The notes under the pieces: model-generated | The model's input: only the letters and a program-made list of their open reading frames with translations | Database searches by the model: none | What the model was told of the DNA's origin: nothing | Shown: positions 26,770-36,256 of the stretch, in pieces | How positions within the stretch are numbered: position 1 is the first letter of the stretch | Layout of the letters: each line of letters starts with the position of its first letter | Translations under genes and position numbers: made by a program | Source of the DNA: Ignavibacteriota bacterium | Lineage (GTDB): Bacteria > Bacteroidota > Ignavibacteria > UBA10030 > UBA6906 | Assembly: GCA_963837815.1 (NCBI GenBank) | Contig: CAWIOS010000015.1 | Span: 258,774-322,773, forward strand | DNA: 64,000 nucleotides | Reading direction: 5' to 3'

Positions 26770-29301
26770 CTACATGAGTCCCGCCGGATCGACGTCCACG
26801 ATAAGCTGAACCTCCGCTTTCCGTCGCGGCGCCGTCTTTCCCATCGCCCTGTGTATGACCTCTCTCACGGCATTCCCTGAAGGGTCCTCCTCCTTGAGGC
26901 ATTTCAAAATCAGGTGCCAGCGGTATTTCTTGTCGATCCTGCTGATCACCGCGGGGGCCGGCCCGAGGAGCGTCGCACGAATTCCTTCCTCCCTGAGTGC
27001 CCGGGCGAACCGCTCCGCCTCGTCCCGGACATGCTCCTCGTTCGGCCCCCGCGTTTCCACGAGCACGAGACGTGAGAAAGGCGGATAGGCGAGCTCACGC
27101 CGTGCGCGGAGCTCCTCCTCGTAGAACGCCATGAAGTCGTTATCAAGGACGTGGACGAGCGTATAATGCCCCGGCTGATGTGTTTGTATGAGCACCTCAC
27201 CCAAAATGGAGCTCCGCCCCGCTCTGCCGGCCACCTGCGTCAGAAGCTGAAACGTCCGTTCGGAGGCGCGGAAATCGGGGAGAAGCATCTGCGTGTCCGC
27301 CGAGATCACCCCCACGAGCGACACACGCGGGAAATCCAGCCCCTTGGCAACCATCTGTGTCCCGAGGAGTATGTCCGTCTCGCCGCGTGCAAACGACCGG
27401 AGTATCCTGTCATGCGCCCCCTTCCGCGTCGTCGAGTCCATGTCCATCCGCAGTATGCGGGCTCCGGGGAACGTCTTGCCGAGTTCCTCTTCCACTTTCT
27501 GCGTCCCTATCCCGCGGAGCCTGATGTCGGTCCCGCCGCACGTCGGGCAGAGTATGTGGGGAGTGCGGATGAGACCGCAGTAGTGACAGCGGAGGTGTTT
27601 TTTTTCCAGGTGGTACGTCAGCGTCACGTTGCAGTTATCGCACATCTCGGCGTAGCCGCACTCCGCACACTCCACAAACGGGGCGAATCCCCGCCGGTTC
27701 TGCAGAAGTATCGTCCCTTCCTTCCGTTCAATCCGTTCCTGGATCTTCGCGCGGAGGATCCCCGAGACAGACGGCTGGACGAAATTCTTCAGCGGCGATC
27801 TCTGGTCGGGCGGGAGAGCCTCTTTTGCCGCAGCGTAAAGACGCTTTCGTTCGGCGGTCATGTCCACGAGCGCGATGGAGGGCATCGGAACGTCGTCGAT
27901 CCGTTTCGGCATCCCGAGGAGCGTATACTTCCCCAGTTCGGCGTTGCTGTACGATTCCACGCTCGGCGTGGCGGACCCGAGAACGACGACTGCACCCGAG
28001 TGTCCCCCCCGGACCACGGCGACGTCGCGTGCGTTGTAGCGGGGGGAGGAATCGAACTGCTTGTACGATGCCTCGTGTTCTTCGTCGACGACGATGAGCC
28101 CCAGATGTGCGAGCGGTGCGAATACTGCCGATCGCGGCCCGATCACGATTCTCGCCTCTCCCCTGTACGCCCTCCGCCATGCGTCATGCCGCTCCCCGGG
28201 GGACATGCGGCTGTGGACGACAGCAACGTCGGCGCCGAAGTGCGATTTGAACCGTCGGACCATCTGGGGAGTCAGCGAAATCTCCGGCACGAGAACGATC
28301 GCCGATTTTCCGAGCGAAAGGCAGAACCGTATTGCCTCGATGTACACCTGCGTCTTTCCGCTCCCTGTCACACCGTGCACGAGATACGCACCTCCCCCGC
28401 CGCGCTCCATCGCCCCCCTGACCGCGGCGAGAACGGCCGACTGCTGCTCGTTGAGGCGTATGCCGAGCGTTTGCAGTTCCGTTCCGAAATCCTGCTCCCG
28501 TGACACTTCGACCCGCTCCGTAACGATGGCCCCCGAACCCACGAGCTCCCGGAACAGTGTCAGCGTCGCACCGGTGTGGCGGAGCAGGTCGGCCACCGCC
28601 GTGGAGGTCCCCGGCGCCGTGTCCCCCGCGAGGAGATGTTCGATGAGCCCCCGGGCTCTCTTTTTTCGCGGAGAGAGAGTGTCGAGTGCCCTCCTCAGGA
28701 GAACCGGGTTCAGGAGATCCCTCCGCACCATCTCCACGATCTTTGGCTTCCCGGAGGGGCGGGGGATCTGCTCTTCCGATTCGATTAGTCCCGCATGGAC
28801 CAGGTCATTCAGGAGCGCATGGATCTGGCGCGCGCCGGTCTTTCGCGCGACCTCTGACGCCGATGCCTCCCGCTTCGTGAGTACATAAGCCGCCGCCTCC
28901 GCCTGTTTCGGAGCGCGGCTCTTCAGATCCTCCATGGCCTCCGGCGTCAGGGCGGCGAGCGCCCGCACGACCCGGCGGCTCGAGGGGGAAAACCCCTGCG
29001 GCATGGCTGCCTTCAGGACGCTTCCCAGCGGGGAAAGATAGTAACCGGCAATCCACCGGCAGAGCCAGAGAAGCTCGTCGGAGACGATGGGGGAGGGATC
29101 AATGATGTCGTGTATCGGCTTCAATCCCGCGACATTCGTCGTCGCGGGAAGTCCCGTGATGAGTCCGGTTGCGAACTTCCGTCCGAACGGGACGACGGCG
29201 CGGGTGCCCACAAGAGCGGCACTCTCGAGTCCGGGGGGTATGAGGTAGGTGAACTCCCTGTCGAGGGTGACGGGGAGGGAGACGTCGGCGTAACGCTTCA
29301 T
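26770..29301 (-). CDS. priA: Primosomal protein N' (replication restart helicase)
   Basis: The N-terminus is MKRYADVSLPV.... It has Walker A GVTGSGKT, the DEAH-like motif VVDEEHE, and the Zn-binding CxxC cluster CAECGYAEMCDNC...CHYCG...CPTCGG. Confidence 0.9.
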   Translation of the reverse strand: MKRYADVSLPVTLDREFTYLIPPGLESAALVGTRAVVPFGRKFATGLITGLPATTNVAGLKPIHDIIDPSPIVSDELLWLCRWIAGYYLSPLGSVLKAAMPQGFSPSSRRVVRALAALTPEAMEDLKSRAPKQAEAAAYVLTKREASASEVARKTGARQIHALLNDLVHAGLIESEEQIPRPSGKPKIVEMVRRDLLNPVLLRRALDTLSPRKKRARGLIEHLLAGDTAPGTSTAVADLLRHTGATLTLFRELVGSGAIVTERVEVSREQDFGTELQTLGIRLNEQQSAVLAAVRGAMERGGGGAYLVHGVTGSGKTQVYIEAIRFCLSLGKSAIVLVPEISLTPQMVRRFKSHFGADVAVVHSRMSPGERHDAWRRAYRGEARIVIGPRSAVFAPLAHLGLIVVDEEHEASYKQFDSSPRYNARDVAVVRGGHSGAVVVLGSATPSVESYSNAELGKYTLLGMPKRIDDVPMPSIALVDMTAERKRLYAAAKEALPPDQRSPLKNFVQPSVSGILRAKIQERIERKEGTILLQNRRGFAPFVECAECGYAEMCDNCNVTLTYHLEKKHLRCHYCGLIRTPHILCPTCGGTDIRLRGIGTQKVEEELGKTFPGARILRMDMDSTTRKGAHDRILRSFARGETDILLGTQMVAKGLDFPRVSLVGVISADTQMLLPDFRASERTFQLLTQVAGRAGRSSILGEVLIQTHQPGHYTLVHVLDNDFMAFYEEELRARRELAYPPFSRLVLVETRGPNEEHVRDEAERFARALREEGIRATLLGPAPAVISRIDKKYRWHLILKCLKEEDPSGNAVREVIHRAMGKTAPRRKAEVQLIVDVDPAGLM

Positions 29302-29374
29302 TGCAAAATATGGAGAAAACACCCCTGAAGAACAAGCACCGGCCGCACGGTTGAAACTTCCGCCGTGCGTTCCC

Positions 29375-30242
29375 TCAGAGTATCCCCAGGTCTTTCAGTA
29401 TCGCGAGGGCGGCGCTCTTCCGTTCTCTGAATATCGCCTCACCGTCCTTCTCTTCGTCGGGGCTTGTCATATTGAGCGCGAAGAAATAGACGTTGCCGGC
29501 TTTCTCGACGTAGCCGACGAACCAGCCGACAGCGACGCCGCTCATGTCGTTTGCCATGCCCGTCTTTGCGTGCAGCACGGTGGAGTCGGTCCGCTGGAGT
29601 ATGAGTATTCTCTTCACGATATCCATCGACCGGCGCGAGAACGGAAGATCCTCCGCGTACAGCCGCCGGAGAAACTCCGACCTGCTCATCCGCGGATATC
29701 CGGAGCGTGTTCCCGAGCCAGAACCTGTCGATCGGACCGCTGGCGTCGTTGTTCCCGTACCCGGTGCTGTCGATAAATGCCGTCATCCTCCCGCGCCCGA
29801 CACGCCGGGCTAGTTCCTGGTAATACCAGACGACGGAATTCTCGAGTGCGGAGGCAAGGTCGTGATCGCGGTTCCAGGATTCGACGCTCCGGTGGAGGCT
29901 GTCCCACCGTATCACGAAGTGCTCGTCGGGTATCACGCCGCTCTCGAGACCGATGAGAGAGTTGAGTATCTTGAATGTCGACGCGGGGGAGAGCCGCTTC
30001 CTGCACTCCGCGGGGCGGTACCGGGTGTACGCTCGTCTGTTCATGTCGTACATGACGAACCCGCCTCCGAATCCGTGGTAGTACTTTGCCGGGATCGTCG
30101 TCTCAACAGAAGCCTGCGGCAAAGTCCTGGCGGAACTCTCTGCGGACATCGGTGCTGAAGTCTGCGCGCAGAGAGTCTGGATCGCCGTAACCGATATCAG
30201 GACAACCGGCGCGAACGCGCGCCCGTGCACGCTCCGGCTCAT
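29375..30242 (-). pseudogene. Class D (OXA-type) beta-lactamase interrupted by a +1 frameshift near 29690
   Basis: Frame A (ORF 29439..30284) has STFK (PASTFKILN), SxV (ENSVVWYYQE), YGN (YGNNDASG), FWLGNTLRISADEQV and a signal peptide. Frame B (ORF 29375..29689) continues with EFLRRLY...KTGMAN...GWFVGYVEKAGNVYFFALNM. The junction gat gag cag gtc gGa gtt has one extra nucleotide relative to a DEQVEFL reading. Confidence 0.7.
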
Positions 30243-30601
30243 GGTTCCCGCCGGACAGTATCGGGTGAGAATGCAGGGAGGCACACGGCGATGTATTCCG
30301 CCCCCTCAGGGTACGGGGAAGAATACCTGACCCATTCCCCCCTGTGCGCGATGAGGGCCTGCCCCGCACGAACGTCGATTTCCCCCGAGGCGTGCGTCAC
30401 GCGGAGCGTACCGTTCAGGACCACCGTGTACTCGTCGAACTCCGGCGTCTGCGGGGGCTCGAGCCATCCGGAAGGGCTCTTCATCCGGGCGATGCTCACC
30501 GCCTCGGTTCCGGAATTCACCCTGCCGATGAATTCCTCAATGATCTTCGGTTTGTTTCCGGCGGACTCGATCCGCGCCGGAGCGGGCACGATCGTTGGCA
30601 T
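30239..30601 (-). CDS. Cupin-domain protein
   Basis: It is a 120-aa beta-rich protein with a cupin-like segment GEIDVRAGQALIAHRGEWVRY. It overlaps the upstream gene by 4 nt. Confidence 0.4.
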   Translation of the reverse strand: MPTIVPAPARIESAGNKPKIIEEFIGRVNSGTEAVSIARMKSPSGWLEPPQTPEFDEYTVVLNGTLRVTHASGEIDVRAGQALIAHRGEWVRYSSPYPEGAEYIAVCLPAFSPDTVRREP

Positions 30602-30610
30602 AGACTCCTC

Positions 30611-31228
30611 TCATTCGGGTGGTATCCGTACGCCTGCCTCTTTCAGATCCTCGAGCAATCGCTCGTGCGTCGTGTAATGAATCGCATTCAGCCCGGCCCG
30701 CCGCCCCCCCTCCACGTACTCCTGTATGTCGTCAATATAGACGCAGGCCGCCGCCGGCAGGGCAAGCTTCCCCAGCATATCAGCGTAGATCTTCGGATCG
30801 GGTTTCATGGCGCGGACTTCGTAAGAGAGCGTCACCGCGTCAAAACACGGGAGGAGCCCGACGGGCTTGATCCCGAACTCATAATGCCATTCGTTTGTGT
30901 TCGAGAGGAGACCGAGCCTGTAGTGTCCCTTCAGGCGCTTTACGAGCGCGATCGTCGCCGGCTTCTGCGTGAAGATATCGGTGTAGGCCCTGACGAACTC
31001 CTCCTCCGTCATCGTGAGAGAAGCGATCGCGCAGACGCTCCTGTAGAACTCCTGCGAGGAGATGAGCCCGGTCTCGTAGCGCACGGCCGCCGCCTCTGAC
31101 TCAGCCATCGTCGACTTCAGACCCTGCGGCGAGAGGGACGAATGTGCCGCGGCGCGTGCGATGAACTTCCCGATATCGAAATCACAGATCACGCGCCCGA
31201 AGTCAAAAATCACGCCCCGTATGCTCAT
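30611..31228 (-). CDS. HAD-superfamily hydrolase
   Basis: Motif I is VIFDFGRV at the real start MSIRGVIFDFG (the ORF track gives a longer N-terminus). The C-terminus has YIDDIQEYVEG. It overlaps the murB stop (ATGA-type overlap). Confidence 0.7.
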   Translation of the reverse strand: MSIRGVIFDFGRVICDFDIGKFIARAAAHSSLSPQGLKSTMAESEAAAVRYETGLISSQEFYRSVCAIASLTMTEEEFVRAYTDIFTQKPATIALVKRLKGHYRLGLLSNTNEWHYEFGIKPVGLLPCFDAVTLSYEVRAMKPDPKIYADMLGKLALPAAACVYIDDIQEYVEGGRRAGLNAIHYTTHERLLEDLKEAGVRIPPE

Positions 31229-32280
31229 CGTTTCCCCGGACTGCTGCCCACGACGACCGCTTCCCTCCGGAGCTGCACGCCGAATTTTACTTCGACCCCC
31301 TTCTCGATCTCTGTTGCGAGCGCCAGCACGTCGGACGTCGTTCCCCCCCGGTTGACGATCGCAAGCGCATGATTGTCGGAGATCCCCGCCCCCTTTCTCG
31401 TAACCCCCCTGGCAAATCCGGCGTGCTCGACAAGCCATGCTGCGGAGAGCTTCACCCCTCCGGGCGCGGGATACGTCGGGACCGGTATCCCATGCAGCCT
31501 CGATTCGAAGAATTCCTTGGTGACGACCGGATTCGTGAAGAACGAGCCCACCGACCGGGAGTTCCCATCGGCCGGGTCGACAACCATCGATTTCCTCCTC
31601 CTCAGCCCTATCACTGCATCTCGGACGGCCCGGAGCGAGAGGTCTCCCCCCCGTGCGTCGATTTCCTTCCGGAGTTCTGCATACCGTATCTCCGGCTTCC
31701 GATTCCTCCGGAGAACGAATCTCACCTCGGTAATGATGAACCTGTCCGCATCCTCCCTCTTGAACCGGCTCTCCCTGTATCCGAACGCGCACTCATCGCG
31801 CGGGAACTCCCTCTCCGCAAGCGTGAGCCGGTCGAGCGCGCGGACCGACACGAGCGTCTCTGCCACCTCCTGTCCGTACGCCCCGACGTTCTGCACGGGG
31901 GTTCCCCCCGCAGAACCGGGGATTCCGGAAAGGCACTCTATCCCTTCCAATCCTCTTTCCACGGCAAGCCCGACGATCCCGTCCCACGGCTCCCCCGCTC
32001 CTGCGGTGAGCCTGACCCCGTCGGCTGATTCCTCTTCGCGTATCCCGCGGAGAGCGACGTTCACCACAACGCCGTCAAATCCCTCGTCCGCGAATATGAT
32101 GTTGCTCCCCCCCGAAAAGACCTGGACGGGAAGGCGCTCCCGGGCCGCGAAACCGAGTGCATCTCGCAGTTCTCCCCCGTTCGTGCACCGGGCGAGCCAA
32201 CGGGCGGTACCGCCGAGCCCGATCGTCGTAAGAGGTGCGAGCAGTACGTCCGGCGTCATGCACGGAGGGGGGGATGCCAT
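31225..32280 (-). CDS. murB: UDP-N-acetylenolpyruvoylglucosamine reductase
   Basis: It has the FAD-binding N-terminus LAPLTTIGLGGTARWL, FSGGSNIIF, and MurB C-terminal motifs. Confidence 0.85.
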   Translation of the reverse strand: MASPPPCMTPDVLLAPLTTIGLGGTARWLARCTNGGELRDALGFAARERLPVQVFSGGSNIIFADEGFDGVVVNVALRGIREEESADGVRLTAGAGEPWDGIVGLAVERGLEGIECLSGIPGSAGGTPVQNVGAYGQEVAETLVSVRALDRLTLAEREFPRDECAFGYRESRFKREDADRFIITEVRFVLRRNRKPEIRYAELRKEIDARGGDLSLRAVRDAVIGLRRRKSMVVDPADGNSRSVGSFFTNPVVTKEFFESRLHGIPVPTYPAPGGVKLSAAWLVEHAGFARGVTRKGAGISDNHALAIVNRGGTTSDVLALATEIEKGVEVKFGVQLRREAVVVGSSPGKR

Positions 32281-32282
32281 TG

Positions 32283-32570
32283 TCAGGGTTTTTTCATGTG
32301 GGGGGGTGTGAATCCGCGGTACGTATCGTACCGCGAATCGTAAAATACGAGATTGAACGCGCCGTCCCGCAGCGTCCCGCCGGAAGGATACAGATAGAAC
32401 TCGGCGGTCTCCGGCGTCACCCTGTTGACGGGTTTCCCCTTCTCCGCGTAGAACGTCACCGTATATGCCCCGAGTGTGAACGGTGCCGCTGCAATCTGCG
32501 CAAGAAGGTTCTCGTGCGTGAACAGGTGCAGATCGTTCGCCGTCCCGCCGGTTCCGGACCCGGGCTTCAC
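32283..32570 (-). CDS. Hypothetical small protein
   Basis: It is a 95-aa ORF translationally coupled between the SDR gene and murB. I recognised no family. Confidence 0.3.
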   Translation of the reverse strand: MKPGSGTGGTANDLHLFTHENLLAQIAAAPFTLGAYTVTFYAEKGKPVNRVTPETAEFYLYPSGGTLRDGAFNLVFYDSRYDTYRGFTPPHMKKP

Positions 32571-33343
32571 GCAGACCTGTGCACGTGGTTGACGGAAGCC
32601 TGGTCTGTCGGCATCACGACCAACTGCTCGATGTCGACATGCGGCGGGCGCGTCGCGCAGAATACAACGGCCTCCGCGACGTCCTCCCCCCTGAGCGGGC
32701 GCATGTTCACGTACGTCTGTGACGCCCGCGTTGTGTCCCCGCGGAATCGCACCTCGCTGAATTCGGTTTCCACGAGCCCCGGGTCAACGGAACTTACGCG
32801 CACGTTCGTTCCAAGGAGGTCCATCCTCAGTCCCTTGGAGATGGCGGCGACGGCGAACTTGCTCGCGCAGTAAACGTTGCCGTTCGGGTAGAGCTCGTGC
32901 CCCGCAATCGATCCCATATTGATGACGTGCCCGCTGTTCCTTTTCACCATCCCCGGGAGGACGGCGCGGGTCACGTACAGGAGACCCTTCACGTTCGTGT
33001 CGATCATCTCCTCCCAGTCCCGGATCTCCCCCTCGTGGAGTTTCGTCAGCCCCCTGCTCAGCCCGGCGTTGTTGACGAGTATGTCGATGTGATCCCACGC
33101 CGGGGGGAGCGAAGCGATCGCCTTTTCCACGTCCTGCTGGTTCCTCACGTCAAGGACGAAGCCGTGCGTCATGACATGGTGCGTGTCCTCGAGCGACCGT
33201 GCGAGCCTGTCGATCCGGTCCTTCCGCCGTGCGGCCAGGAGGAGGTTCGCCCCCTCGCGGGCAAACGCGGCGGCACACGCCTCCCCGATCCCGCTGCTTG
33301 CGCCGGTGATGAGAACGTTCAGGTTCTTCAGCGATATGCTCAT
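32567..33343 (-). CDS. SDR-family NADP-dependent oxidoreductase (YdfG-like)
   Basis: It has TGASSGIG, NNAG and the YCASK catalytic motif. Confidence 0.85.
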   Translation of the reverse strand: MSISLKNLNVLITGASSGIGEACAAAFAREGANLLLAARRKDRIDRLARSLEDTHHVMTHGFVLDVRNQQDVEKAIASLPPAWDHIDILVNNAGLSRGLTKLHEGEIRDWEEMIDTNVKGLLYVTRAVLPGMVKRNSGHVINMGSIAGHELYPNGNVYCASKFAVAAISKGLRMDLLGTNVRVSSVDPGLVETEFSEVRFRGDTTRASQTYVNMRPLRGEDVAEAVVFCATRPPHVDIEQLVVMPTDQASVNHVHRSA

Positions 33344-33364
33344 GCGTTTCCCCGCTTCGTTGTC

Positions 33365-35032
33365 TCAGTTCGTTTGCTCTTCCACGCCGTTGAACTCCGG
33401 CTCGATGTCCACCGGAAGGTGGGCGAGCCTGTCGAGCGTCCGCTGCATGGAAGGGCGTATGACCGCGTACCTGATCAGGAGCGACCGCGCGCCGTCATAG
33501 TTCCCCTGCGCCTGCAGCGTCATGATCTCCCCCGTCAGCTTTCGGACCCCGGCTTTGAATTTCGCGACGTCCGCGGAGAAGACCCCCGATCCCTCGTTGT
33601 ACGTAATCGCCCCCTCGTCCATGAGGTAGTTGAACTGCAGCGCCATCCCCTGCCCGTGTGCCTCGTTGATCCCGAACCTGACCGAGCGGAATATGCCGGC
33701 GAGGTAGGTGATGTACATCTGCTTCTCCATCGTGCTGTCGACGATCCCGTGATCGATCATGTACTGGAGGGCGAACAGTCCGCTGATGTCCGCCTTTGCC
33801 TCCTCGAGCGCGGAGCTGAGCTCCTGCATCGCCTGGCGCACCGTCGTCTGCTTGCCGTGGAGCATGATCGTGTGGGGTCCGAGCCCGTGCATAAGCTCGT
33901 GCGCAAGTATGTGCGTGAAGAAGGCGTTGAACGAGACGTAGGGCTGCTGCGCGGGATCGAGCGCGATCCCCGTAATCGGCTTCAGTATCGTCCTGAATTT
34001 CGCCTCCTGCACGTTCTTCAGCATCACCCTCTTGCTCCCTTTCTCCGCCGTCACCCGCTCGTCGTTCGGGAGGTTGAACGCCGCCGTCTGCACGCCGGCG
34101 TGCGCCTCCCCTCCCGTCACAACCTCGTCCACGACGCGTATCGGGGAGAGCGCTCCGAGCTTCGGGTTCCTGTACCGGGGGTCGATCGGGAGGGCGTTCT
34201 CGATCTCCTGCAGGTGTGCCGAGAACCGCGCAAGCTTCGTCGTCGACGAGTCGTCCCGCAGGCAGATGTACGCTTCAAACGCGGCCTTGTAATTGAACAG
34301 CTCGTCGCGGTAGACCTCGTAGGGACCGATCGTCGGTTCGATCGGGCTGTCAAGATCCATCCAGGCGACGTCGCTCTCGTAATAATCGTTGCTTATGAAC
34401 GCGTCCGCCCGTTTTGTCAGGAACGTCCTGAGGGACGCATTGTCCGTGGCCGCCGCAGCTTCCATGAGGAGCCGGGCCGCGGGGATGAGAAGATCCCGGT
34501 ACTCGTCGCTGTACGGCACCACCGTGAGGTGACGGATGCCGTTCCGCCGAATCGTCGTAAAGAACCCGGTCGCTTCCTTCTTCTGCGCTTCCGTGAGCGT
34601 CCCGGTCCACTCGTTGAACTCCTCCTTCGTCATGTCCTCGGGATAATAGTTCGCGCCGGGGGGCCTGACGCGGGGTGCGCCGGAAATGAACGGCTCATCG
34701 TGGTCCAGGCTCGACCAGGGGGACATGTTGAGATTGTAATAGTGGAGCCGTTCGGCTCCCTCGTCCGTCCGGTCGGCCTCGAGCTCCTTGCGGAGCGCCT
34801 CGTTTCCGCTCCAGACCTGCCGCGTGTAGATCCGGTCGGCGATCTTCGCGGCTTCCACGAGCTTGATGAGCGCCCGCCTGTCCCCCGGGCTCAGGCGCGA
34901 AAGGTCGGCGTTGACCTGTGTGGGGACGAAGCGCTTGATCTTGGCGGCAAGGGGGGACGGCGGTTTTTCGGTTGAACATCCGTTGATCATGGCGACGATG
35001 CCTGCGGTGAGAAGGAGAACGTGGGGTTTCAT
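33365..35032 (-). CDS. Secreted zinc metallopeptidase lipoprotein (HExxH...EExxAD; M49/DPP3-like)
   Basis: There is a lipoprotein signal (MKPHVLLLTAGIVAMINGC). It has HELMHGLGPH and LEEAKADISG. Confidence 0.45.
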   Translation of the reverse strand: MKPHVLLLTAGIVAMINGCSTEKPPSPLAAKIKRFVPTQVNADLSRLSPGDRRALIKLVEAAKIADRIYTRQVWSGNEALRKELEADRTDEGAERLHYYNLNMSPWSSLDHDEPFISGAPRVRPPGANYYPEDMTKEEFNEWTGTLTEAQKKEATGFFTTIRRNGIRHLTVVPYSDEYRDLLIPAARLLMEAAAATDNASLRTFLTKRADAFISNDYYESDVAWMDLDSPIEPTIGPYEVYRDELFNYKAAFEAYICLRDDSSTTKLARFSAHLQEIENALPIDPRYRNPKLGALSPIRVVDEVVTGGEAHAGVQTAAFNLPNDERVTAEKGSKRVMLKNVQEAKFRTILKPITGIALDPAQQPYVSFNAFFTHILAHELMHGLGPHTIMLHGKQTTVRQAMQELSSALEEAKADISGLFALQYMIDHGIVDSTMEKQMYITYLAGIFRSVRFGINEAHGQGMALQFNYLMDEGAITYNEGSGVFSADVAKFKAGVRKLTGEIMTLQAQGNYDGARSLLIRYAVIRPSMQRTLDRLAHLPVDIEPEFNGVEEQTN

Positions 35033-35075
35033 GTCATGCCTCGGGTTCGTTGAACTGCGTGGGCGAGCAGAATCC

Positions 35076-36256
35076 TTATGTCGGGGCTGTTCCCTCTCTC
35101 AGCTCCTTTTCGAGTGTCTTCATGACGTCGAGAAGCGGCATGTTCCGCTCCGTTGCAATCCGCCTGCACTCCTCGTACTCGGGGGTCACGATCTCCCGTC
35201 CGTCCCTGATGACCGCCTTTGCTTTCACAATCCCGAGGGACGTGACGGCTTCCAGGTGACGGCGGGGGAGCTTCCGGCGCCCCGTCTGCTGGATTCTCAG
35301 GCCGATCGTGGACGTCTCCCTGTAGAGCACGCCGACGACCGCCTCGAGGTGCGACCGTGCGACCATAGTGGAAAGGAGTATCCCGGGCCTCCCTTTCTTC
35401 ATGATGATGGGAACAAGGTACGCGTCGTGCGCGCCGGCCCCGAGAAGGAGCTCGATGACGTACGGGTAGGCCTGCGGATTCATGTCGTCGATGTTCGTCT
35501 CGACGCAGAGTATCTCCTCCTGCTCGAGCGGGGACTCCAGCGTGCCGATGATGACCCGGAGGAGATTGGGGATCTCGGCGAACTCGTTTGTCCCCGCGCC
35601 GTAGCCGACGGCGCTGACGCGGAGGCGCTCATCGTCGAGAAGCCCGGAGGAGAGCGCCTTGATGATCGCTGCCCCCGTGGGTGTCGTCAGTTCATGCGGG
35701 ACCGACGTCAGGACCGTCGGGTACCCTTTGAGTATCTCGACAGTGGCGGGGGCGGGGACCGGCATCTTCCCGTGCTGCGTGTTGATAAAACCGCCGCTTC
35801 CCAGCCGCACCGGGGACGAATACACCGCCTCGATGCCGCACGCCTCAAGACAGATCGCGCATCCGACAATGTCCACGATGGAATCCAGCGCCCCCACCTC
35901 GTGGAGATGCACCTTATCCGGGGTGGTCGCGTGGACGTGCGCCTCCGCTTCAGCGATTACGCGGAATATCGATCGGGACCTTTCCTTCACGGACGGGGGA
36001 AGAGCGGAGCGGTCGAGTATCTCCTCAATGTCGCTCATCTTCCTGTGGACGTGTTCCGCGCCTGTCGTGATAACGTCGATGTGGAGTGCGTCCACAGCGC
36101 TCCGCCTCACGTGACGCGCGGAGAGCTCGAACCCCGCAATGCCGAGTTTGTCGAGATCCGACTGGAGCGACTCGAACTTCACCCCGGCGCTGACGAACGC
36201 CGCCATCGTCATGTCCCCCGCGATACCTCCGATGGTGTCAAAGTATGCGATCTTCA
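35076..36256 (-). CDS. larC: LarC-family nickel-pincer cofactor biosynthesis protein (DUF111)
   Basis: The real start is MKIAYFDTIGGIAGDMTMAA, verified from the DNA (the track ORF is longer). It has the conserved HLHEVGALDSIVDIVG and a C-terminal LarC domain. Confidence 0.8.

Noticed and set aside
27151-28503. 450-aa plus-strand ORF inside priA
   Set aside because: It is antisense to priA, which has Walker A/B motifs and a Zn-binding CxxC cluster.
32897-34975. 692-aa plus-strand ORF
   Set aside because: It is antisense to the SDR oxidoreductase and the HExxH lipoprotein. It has no domain signatures.
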